The position numbers and the translations under genes were made by a program. From contig CAWHEU010000002.1 in the NCBI GenBank assembly GCA_963828465.1, positions 128,001 to 192,000 on the forward strand: a stretch of DNA of 64,000 bases. The letters run 5' to 3'. Below are positions 22,047-31,982 of the stretch, one piece after another. The notes below the pieces were generated by a model. The model did not search any database and had not been told where the DNA came from. It saw nothing but the letters and a program-made list of their open reading frames with translations. The first letter of the stretch is position 1, and each line of letters starts with the position of its first letter. The DNA comes from an uncultured Acidobacteriota bacterium (GTDB taxonomy: Bacteria > Actinomycetota > Acidimicrobiia > Spongiisociales > ZC4RG35).

Positions 22047-22625
22047 ATGAAATACCGCTCTGCCTTACTGATCGTCCTCGGCGTCTTCATCGCCGCATGC
22101 GGAGAGGATGCCGCAACTGAGACGACTGCCGAGATGATGGATGACACACCGACCACTGCCGAGATGATGGAAGACAACGCGACGACGGCCGACATGATGG
22201 ACGAGGACGTCCTCGCCGTTGCCGCCGCCGAAGGCGATCTCGACACGTTCCTCGGCGCCCTCGAGGCCGCCGGCATCATGGAGGACTTTCACGGCGAGGG
22301 GCCGTTCACCCTGTTCATTCCAACCGACGACGCCTTTTCCGCCTATCTGGAGGAGTCCGGGATGAACGAGGAAGAGGTGTTGGCCGGCGGCGAGATGCTT
22401 CAGTCGGTCCTCGGCTATCACGTGGTCACGATGATGGAAGACTCCGAGATGGTGATGGGCATGGACGATCAGACGTTCACGACGCTCAACGGCGCCCCAC
22501 TGGATGTCACCGTCGACGGCGAGACAGTGATGGTGGGAGATGCCACCATCGTCCGGTATGACCTCTCGGCCTCGAACGGAGTGATCCACGTCATCGACAC
22601 CGTTCTCATCCCGCCAGAGGCTTGA
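22047..22625 (+). CDS. Fasciclin (FAS1) domain lipoprotein, Met-rich
   Basis: AAGGAGG RBS. IAA-C lipobox, GPFTLFIPTDDAF, SNGVIHVIDTVL. Confidence 0.9.
   Translation: MKYRSALLIVLGVFIAACGEDAATETTAEMMDDTPTTAEMMEDNATTADMMDEDVLAVAAAEGDLDTFLGALEAAGIMEDFHGEGPFTLFIPTDDAFSAYLEESGMNEEEVLAGGEMLQSVLGYHVVTMMEDSEMVMGMDDQTFTTLNGAPLDVTVDGETVMVGDATIVRYDLSASNGVIHVIDTVLIPPEA
22122..22211 (+). repeat. Three imperfect 30-bp tandem repeats encoding TTA(E/D)MM(D/E)(D/E)xx
   Basis: acgactgccgagatgatggatgac / accactgccgagatgatggaagac / acgacggccgacatgatggacgag. Confidence 0.85.
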
Positions 22626-23185
22626 TGGATCGACGGCGCTGGCTCACGATCGGGTTGGTGGCGGCCCTGGCCGTGGTTGCGTTCCTGCTGTTCCGGCCCG
22701 ACACCCTGGTCACCGAGGTGGTGGCAGCAGACCCGCTGGAGGAGGCCTTTCCCACGACAACGTCGACGATGGACGAAGAGACGACGACCACAGCGACACT
22801 GACGACGATCGCCAAAACGACCCTCGCGACGTCGACGACCACGATGCCGGTCGGGCCGGTGCAGCTCGCATCAGGTCAGTTCGTCGGCATCGAGCACCGC
22901 GCCGCCGGGACTGCCTCCGTCTATGAGCAAGATGGTCGGCACGTGCTCCGATTCGAGGACGACACCGACATCCAGAACGGTCCGGACCTCTATGTCTGGG
23001 TGTTGCCGGCCGCGTCCTACGAGGGCGGAGCCCCCGAGGAGTACATCGACCTCGGGTTCCTGCAAGGGACTGTTGGCGGGCAGAACTACGACCTGCCCGA
23101 CGAGTTCGACCCCGACGTCCACCGAACTGTCCTCATCTGGTGTCTTCGCTTTGCCGTGCCGTTCGCAACCGTGCCGCTCAGCTGA
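22622..23185 (+). CDS. DM13 domain protein, membrane-anchored
   Basis: N-terminal TM segment, Thr-rich linker, NGPDLYVW, GGQNYDLP, IWCLRFAVPF. Confidence 0.88.
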   Translation: MMDRRRWLTIGLVAALAVVAFLLFRPDTLVTEVVAADPLEEAFPTTTSTMDEETTTTATLTTIAKTTLATSTTTMPVGPVQLASGQFVGIEHRAAGTASVYEQDGRHVLRFEDDTDIQNGPDLYVWVLPAASYEGGAPEEYIDLGFLQGTVGGQNYDLPDEFDPDVHRTVLIWCLRFAVPFATVPLS

Positions 23186-23202
23186 GCCTGCGGCCTAGAG
23201 AA

Positions 23203-23553
23203 TCAGTCGTCGCTCCAGTCGAAGACCGGCTCGGGTGGAGCCACGTGTGCCGGTCCCTGGAGCAGATCTAGCCCATTGACGTCCTCGACGAACTCCAGCC
23301 ACCATCGGTCGTAGACCGAGCTCGGGTCCCATTCACGAAGACGCATACGACTCAGGCCGGCGGGGGAGATGTCGTACACGCTCACCCCGAGGTCGGTCTC
23401 ATGGCCATGGTTGATCCAATAGGCGTGACCCTTCACCTCGAATCGTCGATTGAGGTCCTGGTATTCCTCGAGGTGTGGCGTCAACTCGGTGGCGAGATCG
23501 CGATACCGATCCGTCTTGCCCGGTCGTAGGGGAACTGCGCTGGCGAACAGCAT
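23203..23553 (-). CDS. Hypothetical protein (small dimeric alpha/beta-barrel-like)
   Basis: AAAGGA RBS before MLFASAVPLRPGK. Natural-looking 116-aa sequence. Confidence 0.7.
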   Translation of the reverse strand: MLFASAVPLRPGKTDRYRDLATELTPHLEEYQDLNRRFEVKGHAYWINHGHETDLGVSVYDISPAGLSRMRLREWDPSSVYDRWWLEFVEDVNGLDLLQGPAHVAPPEPVFDWSDD

Positions 23554-23645
23554 GCTCGTGTCCTTTCGTGGGAGGCGAATGTTGCCACTGCGATCGATCC
23601 CGGTTGATACTGAATCCAGGAGGTCTGGAGACCGATATACGGTCC

Positions 23646-24737
23646 ATGCCTGTGCGAATCCTGTCTTTGGCGCGCCTGACTGCATTGTTGGCCGTCGTCC
23701 TCGTGGCGTCCTGCTCGGCTGCCTCGCCGGAGACGACAGTGGGCAACTCGACCACGAGCGCATCACCGGCGTCGTCGTCCTCGACCAGACCCACCTCGAC
23801 GACGACGACGAGCACCACGACTCTTCCCGGGTCGACCACGACTGAAGTGTCCACGACGACGACCGTCGCTGCCATCGCAACCACCACCACCACGACCACC
23901 ACCGTCATCGCTCCGCCCGTAGACGACCCCCTGTACTCGCCACCGGCGACCGGCCTCTCCGGCGACCCCTCAGCCGCGATGCCGCCGGGCGCCGAGGACG
24001 TGACGGTGGCTTCGATAACAGACGGCGATACCCTCGATGTCCGGGCCGATGACGGGTCGGTCTTCGAGGTCAGGATCATCGGGACCAATACACCCGAGAG
24101 GGGTGAGTGCTTCGCGGACGAGGCCACGCGGGTTCTCGCTGCGTTGGCCCCGCCGGGCTCGAGGATCGGCATGACGAGCGATGTGTCTGACATCGACCAG
24201 TTCGATCGACTTCTGCGCTACTTGTGGGTCGGGGCCATGTCGATCAACGAGGAGACAGTTCGCCGCGGGGCCGCCCTCTCGAGGAGCTATCCCCCTGACA
24301 CGGCGATGACCGAACGGTTCGATGATGCCCAGGCCGCAGCCAAGGAGGCGGGGCTCGGCCTGTGGTCGCCTACGGCGTGCGGCCCACGTGCCGAGGCCAC
24401 GCTGGGCATCGTCGAGGTGATGTCCGACGCCCCGGGGAACGACAACGAGAATCTCAACGGGGAGTGGGTCGCGATCCGGAACGAGGGAGAGACCTCGGTC
24501 GATCTCACCGGCTGGGGGATCAAGGACGAGTCGGCCAGCCACCGGTACGAGTTCCCGGTGTCATTCACCCTTCTTCCCGGGGAGACGGTCACCGTGAGGA
24601 CCGGCTGCGGCGCCGATTTCGACACCGATCTGTATTGGTGCAACCAGGGATCAGCTGTCTGGAACAACGGCGGCGACACCGCCTTCCTCCTCGATCCCAG
24701 CGGCAACACCCACGTCGCTTACGCCTATTCGGGGTGA
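23646..24737 (+). CDS. Secreted lipoprotein with thermonuclease (SNase) and lamin-tail domains
   Basis: VAS-C lipobox, Thr/Ser linker, DGDT, VRIIGTNTPE, DQFDRLLRY, GLGLW; LTD motifs EWVAIRN, DLTGW, VWNNGGD. Confidence 0.88.
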   Translation: MPVRILSLARLTALLAVVLVASCSAASPETTVGNSTTSASPASSSSTRPTSTTTTSTTTLPGSTTTEVSTTTTVAAIATTTTTTTTVIAPPVDDPLYSPPATGLSGDPSAAMPPGAEDVTVASITDGDTLDVRADDGSVFEVRIIGTNTPERGECFADEATRVLAALAPPGSRIGMTSDVSDIDQFDRLLRYLWVGAMSINEETVRRGAALSRSYPPDTAMTERFDDAQAAAKEAGLGLWSPTACGPRAEATLGIVEVMSDAPGNDNENLNGEWVAIRNEGETSVDLTGWGIKDESASHRYEFPVSFTLLPGETVTVRTGCGADFDTDLYWCNQGSAVWNNGGDTAFLLDPSGNTHVAYAYSG

Positions 24738-25988
24738 TCGCAGCAGGCGACCAAACTGCACCGATGCAGGAGACCGCCTCCGTCCGTAAACGTCTGTCCG
24801 CCGTCTTGTTCGGTGGTGTCGCTCTCGGCTCAACGGCCTACATCGCGGCGGTGACCATCGCCACCCTGGCCGTTGACGAGATCACCGGATCTGCCGCATT
24901 GGCCGGTGTGCCCGGGGCAACGGCCACCCTAGGGACCGCGGTGGGGACCAGCCTCCTGACCCGAAATGTGGCGCGTCGCGGTCGTCGCCCGGGCTTGGCT
25001 ACGGGTTATGCCGCCGCGGTGGTCGGCAGTGGGTTGAGCATCCTGGGGCTGACCATTGATTCGCTTCCTCTGCTCCTGGTCGGGATGGCGCTCCTCGGCC
25101 TCGGAAACGCATCTGGCCACCTGGCCCGGTATGCCGCGGCCGAGATGTTCCCTGAGGATCGCAGGGGCCGGGCCCTGGGCAGGGTGGTCTGGGCCGGAAC
25201 CATAGGATCGGTCCTCGGCCCAGCGCTGCTCCAGCCCTCCGGTCGGCTCGCGGTCGACCTCGGCCGGTCGGAGCTGGCGGGTGGTTTCCTGGTGAGCTTC
25301 GTGTTCATGGGGATCGCCTTGGTCCTCTACCTCGTGGGCTTGCGGCCCGACCCGGCCACCCTCGCCATCGATCGGACTGGAACCGACCGACGCACCGCCC
25401 GTTGGCTTGGGGCCGGCGTTTCGCCTGCCGGTGGTTCGTGTCGCGCTGATCGCCATGACCGCCGGCCAGGTGGTGATGGTGATGATCATGACCTCCACCC
25501 CCCTCCACATCCACCATCACGGCTCCGACCTGGGGATCGTCGGTCTGGTGATGAGCGCCCACACCCTGGGCATGTTCGCCCTGTCGCCGCTCACCGGGAG
25601 GCTCACCGATCGATGGGGCGGGTATCGGGTGATCATGTGGGGCATGGCCCTTCTCGGGCTCTCGGCGTTGGTGGCGGCCTATGGCCCCAACGACTCCACG
25701 ACTCTGCTGGTGGTCGTTCTGTTCGCCCTCGGCTACGGCTGGAATCTGGCGTTCGTCGCCGGCAGCTCCATGCTCACGATCGGCGTGGGCAGCGACATCC
25801 GGAGCCGTCTCCAGGGGAGGGTCGACTCGCTCACCTGGACCGCTGGAGCCCTGGCCAGCCTCTCTTCTGGGGTGATCTATCAGGCCAGCGACTACCGGGC
25901 CATCAGCCTGATCGGGCTATTGCTCCTGGTCGTCCCGGTGGTGTTCATGTTCCGCCATCGGCGTGCTCCGTTGGCGGTCGGAACATGA
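24734..25988 (+). CDS. MFS transporter; frameshift near 25400
   Basis: RRGRRPGL and ARYAAAE in the first half. VMVMIMTSTPLH and HTLGMFALSPLTGRLTDRWG in ORF 25407..25988. Confidence 0.85.
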
Positions 25989-26000
25989 GCCAGGGGACGA

Positions 26001-27083
26001 TCAAGTCTCGGTTCGCAGTGGCCGCGGAGCATCGGAACTTGGGTCGAACAAGACCTTGATCTGGGGTGACTCCCCTTTGGCCATCGGGATCAGCCCTACT
26101 TCCAGGACTTGTTCCAGGGGGTAGACCGTCGGTGCCACCTCTGCCCACGCCCCCGGGTCGGCTGCGATCAGGTCAACCGCCCCGGGGAAGTCCTGGGCGA
26201 AGACATGGGCCTGGGTACCGATGATCTCCAGCTCGTCGAGGGCGACCTCCCTGAAGTCGACGGCCACGGGCTCGGGCTGGTGACCCACGACCACTACCCG
26301 GCCGCCGTCGGCTACGAGCCGAAGGGCGCGGAGAAGCGAGTCGGGACGACCGGTGCATTCGAATACGACGCTCGCCTTGTCATCGTTCAGTAGCTCGTCC
26401 GGCCCGGGTGCTGATACGTCGAGGGTCGAAGCCGCACCGAGACGTGCGGCGGTGTCCAGTCTCGCTGGGTCGAGGTCGACGGCCGTCACCGTCGCCCCTG
26501 CGCCTGCAGCCGCGTGCACGATGAAGCTGCCAATGCCACCCGCCCCCAGCACCGTCACCAGGTCACCCTCGACCACCTGCCCCCGACGGGTGGCATGCAA
26601 TGCGATGGACATCGGCTGGGTCATGGCGGCGAGGTCAGGCGTGATGGCGGAGTTCGAGAGATTGAAGGTGCAAGAGGCGGGGACAACCGCTGCTTCCGCC
26701 AGGCCACCGTTGGAGTGGAGGCCGACCGTCCAATACTCCTGACAGAGGTTGGTATGTCCAGTCCTACATGGTGGGCAGGTGCCGCACGAGACGCCCGCCC
26801 CCACTGCGACCAGGTCCCCCTCGGAGAACCCGGTGACTCCTTCGCCCACTCCGGTCACCCAGCCCGAGAACTCGTGACCGGGGATGGTGGGGCCGGAGTG
26901 GCGACTGTGAGGATGAGCCGTGTCGACGGGGTGAAAGCGTGGGCCATGCACGAACTCTCCCGCATCGGTGCCGCATATGCCGACGGTGGCGACGCGCAGT
27001 TGCAGCTCGCCCGGTCCCGGAGCAGGGACCGGTAACTCTTCGAGCCGGACATCGCCCGCCCCGTGATACCTGACTGCCCTCAC
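26001..27083 (-). CDS. Zn-dependent MDR dehydrogenase (2,3-butanediol dehydrogenase-like)
   Basis: GICGTD, GHEFSG, CGTCPPC..C, GAGGIG. Confidence 0.88.
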   Translation of the reverse strand: MRAVRYHGAGDVRLEELPVPAPGPGELQLRVATVGICGTDAGEFVHGPRFHPVDTAHPHSRHSGPTIPGHEFSGWVTGVGEGVTGFSEGDLVAVGAGVSCGTCPPCRTGHTNLCQEYWTVGLHSNGGLAEAAVVPASCTFNLSNSAITPDLAAMTQPMSIALHATRRGQVVEGDLVTVLGAGGIGSFIVHAAAGAGATVTAVDLDPARLDTAARLGAASTLDVSAPGPDELLNDDKASVVFECTGRPDSLLRALRLVADGGRVVVVGHQPEPVAVDFREVALDELEIIGTQAHVFAQDFPGAVDLIAADPGAWAEVAPTVYPLEQVLEVGLIPMAKGESPQIKVLFDPSSDAPRPLRTET

Positions 27084-27125
27084 ACCCGCCTTTCGACACG
27101 TGGATCGTGGTGCATACTGTGCCGC

Positions 27126-27998
27126 ATGTCCACCTCACCTCCAGCCAGGGTCGGGTTCGCGGGTCTGGGTCGAATGGGCTCACGGATAGCCGCCAACGTC
27201 GCCAAGGCCGGTCATGACATGACAGTGTGGAATCGCACCACAGCGGCGGCAGAAGAATGGGCTGGGGAGAACGGAGGCGTTGTGGCCGGGACCCTCTCGG
27301 ACCTGGCCGGAAGTGAGTTCATCATCACGATGCTGGCCGATGGCGACGCCCTCGAAGAGGTGTATGCCGACCTCGCCGGGAGTCTCGGTCCAGAGACAGT
27401 TGCAATCGATATGGGCACGTCGGGTCCAGAGAGCTTCGAGAAGGCCCGGGCCTTGGTGGAGGCCCGGGGAGCGACCATGGTGGATGCCCCGGTATCAGGA
27501 GCGACAGCGGCCGCCGAGGCAGCCTCGCTGCTGGTGATGGTGGGTGCCTCCGACGAGGTCTACCAACGCGTCGAGCCGATCCTCCAATCGGTGGGCAATC
27601 CCGTGCAGGTCGGGCCAACAGGGTCCGCCGCCGTGCTCAAGCTGGCGGTCAATTCGGTTCTTTATGGCCTGAATCAGGCCGTGGCCGAGGCGGTGGCTTT
27701 GGCGGAGAAATCGGGAGTGGAGCCGGAGACCACTATCGACATCCTGGCCAAGGGTGCCGCCGGAGCGCCGATGCTCACCTATCGCCGGGAGCAGTATCTC
27801 CATCCCGACCAGGCTCCGATCACGTTCACAATCGATCTGGCACGGAAGGACCTGACCCTCGCGCTGGAGCAGGCCCGGCGCACCGGGGCACCAACCGGTC
27901 AGCTGGAGCGAACGATGGAGCTGATGGAGGCCTTGATTGAACAGGGCTTTGGTTCCCAGGACATGGGCTACGTGGTCGAGGCCAGCCGCCGAGCCTGA
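27126..27998 (+). CDS. NAD(P)-dependent oxidoreductase, 3-hydroxyisobutyrate dehydrogenase family
   Basis: GLGRMG, DAPVSG, KLAVN, LARKDL. Confidence 0.9.
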   Translation: MSTSPPARVGFAGLGRMGSRIAANVAKAGHDMTVWNRTTAAAEEWAGENGGVVAGTLSDLAGSEFIITMLADGDALEEVYADLAGSLGPETVAIDMGTSGPESFEKARALVEARGATMVDAPVSGATAAAEAASLLVMVGASDEVYQRVEPILQSVGNPVQVGPTGSAAVLKLAVNSVLYGLNQAVAEAVALAEKSGVEPETTIDILAKGAAGAPMLTYRREQYLHPDQAPITFTIDLARKDLTLALEQARRTGAPTGQLERTMELMEALIEQGFGSQDMGYVVEASRRA

Positions 27999-28000
27999 GC

Positions 28001-29495
28001 TCAGACCATCTCTTCCAGTAACCGGACGACATCGGGCTTGATCGTCTTCCCCATCGCGTTCCGTGGCAGGGCATCGGTGAAATGGAACTCCTTGGGCACC
28101 TTGTGCGGGGCGAGCCGGCCCTTCACCCACGCCTTGAGCTCTTCGGCCTCCACCGGGCCCGACGGAACCAGTACCGCCACAACCCGCTGCCCCCACTCCG
28201 GGTCGTCGACACCGACCACCGCTGCCTCGCTGATCGCCTGGTGGCCCAGCAACACCTCCTCGATCTCGAGGGCGGAAACCTTTTCGCCTCCGGTCTTGAG
28301 GATGTCGATCGAGGACCGGCCCAGGATCCTGTAGCGACCCTCCTCGACGATCGCGGTGTCGCCGGTGCGGAACCAGCCGTCGGAGGTGAAGGCCGAGTCA
28401 GTGTCTTCGGGTCGGTCCCAATACTCGAGGAAGACGGTGGGTCCCCTCACCTGGATCTCGCCGGGCTCATCGCCGTGAGACATCGGATCCGTCGTCGCCG
28501 ACGAGGCGAACCTCGACATCCGGGAGCGGCATGCCGACCGAGCCCGGGATGCGCTCCCCTCGGTAGGGGTTGGACAGACCCATCCCGATCTCGGTCATCC
28601 CGTACCGCTCGAGCAGGGTGTGACCGGACAGCTCACGCCATCGCTCCAGGACCGGAACGGGCAGCGCAGCCGAGCCGGAGACCATGAGCCGCAGGCGGCC
28701 AACCCCGTCCCGGAAGGCGGATGTCGCTTCATCGGGCGTCTGTTCTAGTTGGGCGATGAGCCGGTGATAGATGGTGGGGACGGCCATGTACAGGGTGAGG
28801 TCGCCGGCGGTGAGGCGGTCGACAACCTGGTCGGCGGCGAACGAGGGGAGCATGTCGCACCGCGCCCCGCTCCAAAGGGCGCAACCGATGACGTTGACGA
28901 TGCCGTGAATGTGGTGCAGGGGGAGGGTGAGCAGGATGCGGTCGTCCTGATCCCACTCCCAGGCCTCGACCAACGAGATGATCTGGGCCTGGATGTTGGC
29001 GTGGGTGGTGACCACACCTTTCGGCCGGCCCGTGGTCCCGCTGGTGAAGAGGATCATGGCTCGTCGGTCGGGCTCGATTCGAGGCAGCGGTACAAGGTCC
29101 TGGTTCAACTCCTCCACGAGTAGGAATCGAATACCTCTCGCCGCGGCCAGGGGACGGAGCAGATCTGCGAATGCCGGGGAGGCGATGGCGATGACCGGGG
29201 TCGTGGTGTCGAGCACGTATTCCAACTCAGGTGCCGGGTGGGTGAGACAGAGCGGGACGGCGATCCCACCGGCCCGCCAGATCGCCCACTGGACTCGCAC
29301 GTAGTCGAACGACGGCTCCACCATGAACGCAATCCGGGCCTCGTCGAGGTCGGTCTTGCCATCGAGCAGGCGGGCCGCGCCCCGTTCCGAACCGGTTAGC
29401 AAATCGGCGTAGGTGTGAGTCCCGGCTTGATCGGAGATGGCAATCCGGTCCGGCCACTTGCGGGCCCGGCCGATCAAGGAGATGGACTCACCCAT
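28001..29495 (-). CDS. Acyl-CoA synthetase (malonyl-CoA synthetase MatB/ACSF3-like); frameshift near 28480
   Basis: FTSGTTGRPKGV, LPLHHIHG, ERYGMTE; C-terminal WFRTGD and LPRNAMGK in ORF 28001..28519. Confidence 0.88.
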
Positions 29496-29871
29496 CCGAT
29501 GCCATCTCGCCCCTGGCACCGATGATGACGACGTTCCCATCGGGGTCGGCGACCCGCGCCACCCGTTCGCCCCAAGGCTGATCGACCGGCTCCTCGAGGA
29601 TCGTCACACCAGCAGCCCTGGAGGTCTCCACGACGGCATCGCAATCATTCACGTAGACCCAGAGTGCGAATCGCTCGGCCCCGCTCGCGACATCGAGGTC
29701 GGGATCTGCTCCGATGCCCAAGTGCGAGGAGCCGAGGTCCAGCCCGACGTATTGGGCGTCCCCATCGTCGGGGAAGCGGTAGGTGACCGTGCCGCCTAGC
29801 AGTTCTTCATAGAAGCCGAGCGCCCGGGCCAGGTCCGGTGTGCTCAGAATGGGAAATGCCGACTCGATCAT
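29488..29871 (-). CDS. VOC/glyoxalase family protein
   Basis: DLARALGFY, PVDQPWGER...DPDGN. Confidence 0.9.
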   Translation of the reverse strand: MIESAFPILSTPDLARALGFYEELLGGTVTYRFPDDGDAQYVGLDLGSSHLGIGADPDLDVASGAERFALWVYVNDCDAVVETSRAAGVTILEEPVDQPWGERVARVADPDGNVVIIGARGEMASDG

Positions 29872-30251
29872 TGCTCCAGAGGGGCGAACAGATCGACGGC
29901 GTTGCCGTCATGGTCGTGCACCGTGGCATAGCGCTGCCCCCAAGGTGCGTCGAACGGAGGCAGATGACCACGGCCGCCGGCTGCGACCAGATCCTCGTAG
30001 AGCGCATCCACGGCGGCCGTGGTGTCGCAGAGGAAGGCGAGAGCAGTGCGCGGGCCACCTCCGATGGGCGCCTGCCAGTCAGAGAACGACATCACGCTGG
30101 CCTCGCTGTCCAGCATGACCCGCAGACCGCCCGGTCCCTCCGCCTCAGCATGGACCTCATCGCCCTCGAACTCGAGGCCGACCAACCGGTAGAAATCGAT
30201 GGCTCGGGCCATGTCGGAGACGATGACACCGATTGCGTCAAGACGTGGCAT
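29868..30251 (-). CDS. VOC/glyoxalase family protein
   Basis: DMARAIDFY, PFDAPWGQRYA...DGNAVDLFA. Confidence 0.9.
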   Translation of the reverse strand: MPRLDAIGVIVSDMARAIDFYRLVGLEFEGDEVHAEAEGPGGLRVMLDSEASVMSFSDWQAPIGGGPRTALAFLCDTTAAVDALYEDLVAAGGRGHLPPFDAPWGQRYATVHDHDGNAVDLFAPLEQ

Positions 30252-30271
30252 ACCGGGAGTCTATGGTCGGA

Positions 30272-31540
30272 TCAGGCGGCTGGGGACCAGATGGCGACCT
30301 CCCCGGCGGAGACTCGGACAGGGTCTCCGCCCTCGACCTTCTGCACCCAGATCCCGGCATCTTCGAGGCTCGACCCTCCGGCGTAGGTGAAGGCAGAGCC
30401 GTCCGGGGCCCAGAGTGAGATGCTGAGGGCGAACTGGTCGAAGTAGGCGAGGTAGTCGCGGCCAAAGAGCCCGGTAGGGCTGAACGGGCGGTACGACTTG
30501 GTCTCGTCACCATCCCAAACGTGCCATTGCAAACGCTCGAAGCCATCGGCCGCCCCGACAGTGCTGTAGAGCAGATCTCGGCCGTCCGGGCTCCAGAACC
30601 ATGCAATGTTCCGTGCCCGGCTCACTTCTTCGAGGGCCCCATCCGAGGTCTCGACCACGAACAATCGCTCCGCGTCGATGATGGGCAGATCGGTCTCTTC
30701 GATCTGGGAGAGCGCCTGACTCTCCGGGGACCCCCGTGACATCACCGCCAATCGACTGCCGGTGTCATCGCCGACGTAGGCCATCGGGGCGGCGTAACGC
30801 AACAACTCTCGCTCGATCTCGCCCAGGGGGGTGGCCAGGGCGAGTGCCTCACCCACATCACGGCCGGTCCCAAGCACCACGGACTCACCGACGTGCGCCC
30901 CCAGCCTGAACTCCCCGGTGGCCGGGACCGTCTCCCGCCCCGAGCCATCGATGGCCAGATACTCGAACCGTCCCGAGACCCGGGCGAGCACCTCGGTGCC
31001 GTCAGGCGCCCAATCGAAATACACGGGCGCTCCCTGATCGATCACCCGGATTTGTCCATCTGGCCCGGCGATGGCCAGAAGTAGGTCTCCCATGTCCTGG
31101 CTCCCGGTCAACGCCAGGTGCTTGCCGTCCGGGCTCCACGCGATGTACACCGCGAGGAGCGGCGATGGCCATTCGTTGAGGTCACCACCTTCGCTGTTCG
31201 CCACCAGCAGATACGTCTCCTGATCTGCCCTCCGTTCGGTCCACGCCACTCTGGATCCGTCGGGCGACCAGGTCGGTTGGGTCCGTTCGATGTCCGGATC
31301 AGGCCCGGCAAGTGTGACCGGGTCGGATCCATCGGGCCGCATCGTCGTGATCTCGCTGTCTGTACCCAGCACGAGGAGGCGTCCTGGGGACGTGTCTTCG
31401 ACGGCGGAGACCCCAGTGGCGATCGTTCCGGCGTCGGGAAGTGTGTTTCGAACGGGTTCACCCGTGGCTGTGCACGCGGTGAGGAGGGCGGCGAAAAGTG
31501 AGACCGGAGCAAGAAAGGCTCGCCCGAGCCGGGTCGTCAC
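30272..31540 (-). CDS. TolB-like beta-propeller (PD40 repeat) lipoprotein
   Basis: LTA-C lipobox and repeated W(S/A)PDG motifs. Confidence 0.8.
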   Translation of the reverse strand: MTTRLGRAFLAPVSLFAALLTACTATGEPVRNTLPDAGTIATGVSAVEDTSPGRLLVLGTDSEITTMRPDGSDPVTLAGPDPDIERTQPTWSPDGSRVAWTERRADQETYLLVANSEGGDLNEWPSPLLAVYIAWSPDGKHLALTGSQDMGDLLLAIAGPDGQIRVIDQGAPVYFDWAPDGTEVLARVSGRFEYLAIDGSGRETVPATGEFRLGAHVGESVVLGTGRDVGEALALATPLGEIERELLRYAAPMAYVGDDTGSRLAVMSRGSPESQALSQIEETDLPIIDAERLFVVETSDGALEEVSRARNIAWFWSPDGRDLLYSTVGAADGFERLQWHVWDGDETKSYRPFSPTGLFGRDYLAYFDQFALSISLWAPDGSAFTYAGGSSLEDAGIWVQKVEGGDPVRVSAGEVAIWSPAA

Positions 31541-31550
31541 CTAGTCGACT

Positions 31551-31973
31551 CTACGTCCCGCCGTGCTGAGTCCGCCACGCCTCGACCTGGCGCACTACCG
31601 CGGCCGAGTCGAACCACGTGTTCTCGTAGGCGATGAGGCCCTCACGCAGCTCGAAGAGATGCAGGATGCGCAGCTCGACTGGTGCCCCGCCCCCGGCGAT
31701 CCCGGCCCATTGGCCTTCGACATGACCGGTGACGTCCGACACGTCGACCACCCAACTCCCATCCTCGGATGAGAAGCGGCGGGTGGACACGAATTTCACG
31801 TCGGGGATGGCGGCGATGATGTCCGAATAGACCGCTCCGACCGCCTCCTTCCCGCGCACTGGGCTCAGGGGGTGGGTGACGTCGTCCCACACGATGTCGT
31901 CGGTATACGTGGCCAGGGTGGCGGCGACGTCATGAGCGTTCTCGGCGGCGAAATGCTGATCCACTATGTCCAT
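31551..31973 (-). CDS. SnoaL/NTF2-like (ester cyclase) protein
   Basis: HFAAENAHD, RGKEAV, FELREGLIAYE. Confidence 0.85.
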   Translation of the reverse strand: MDIVDQHFAAENAHDVAATLATYTDDIVWDDVTHPLSPVRGKEAVGAVYSDIIAAIPDVKFVSTRRFSSEDGSWVVDVSDVTGHVEGQWAGIAGGGAPVELRILHLFELREGLIAYENTWFDSAAVVRQVEAWRTQHGGT

Positions 31974-31982
31974 GCCTCGAAG

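Noticed and set aside
22122-22211. CRISPR-like 30-bp periodicity
   Set aside because: These are in-frame coding repeats without unique spacers, and no cas genes are present.
23740-23905. ACG/ACC microsatellite-like tract (similar at 22750-22845 and 60870-61070)
   Set aside because: Encodes ordinary Thr/Pro-rich linkers of exported proteins.
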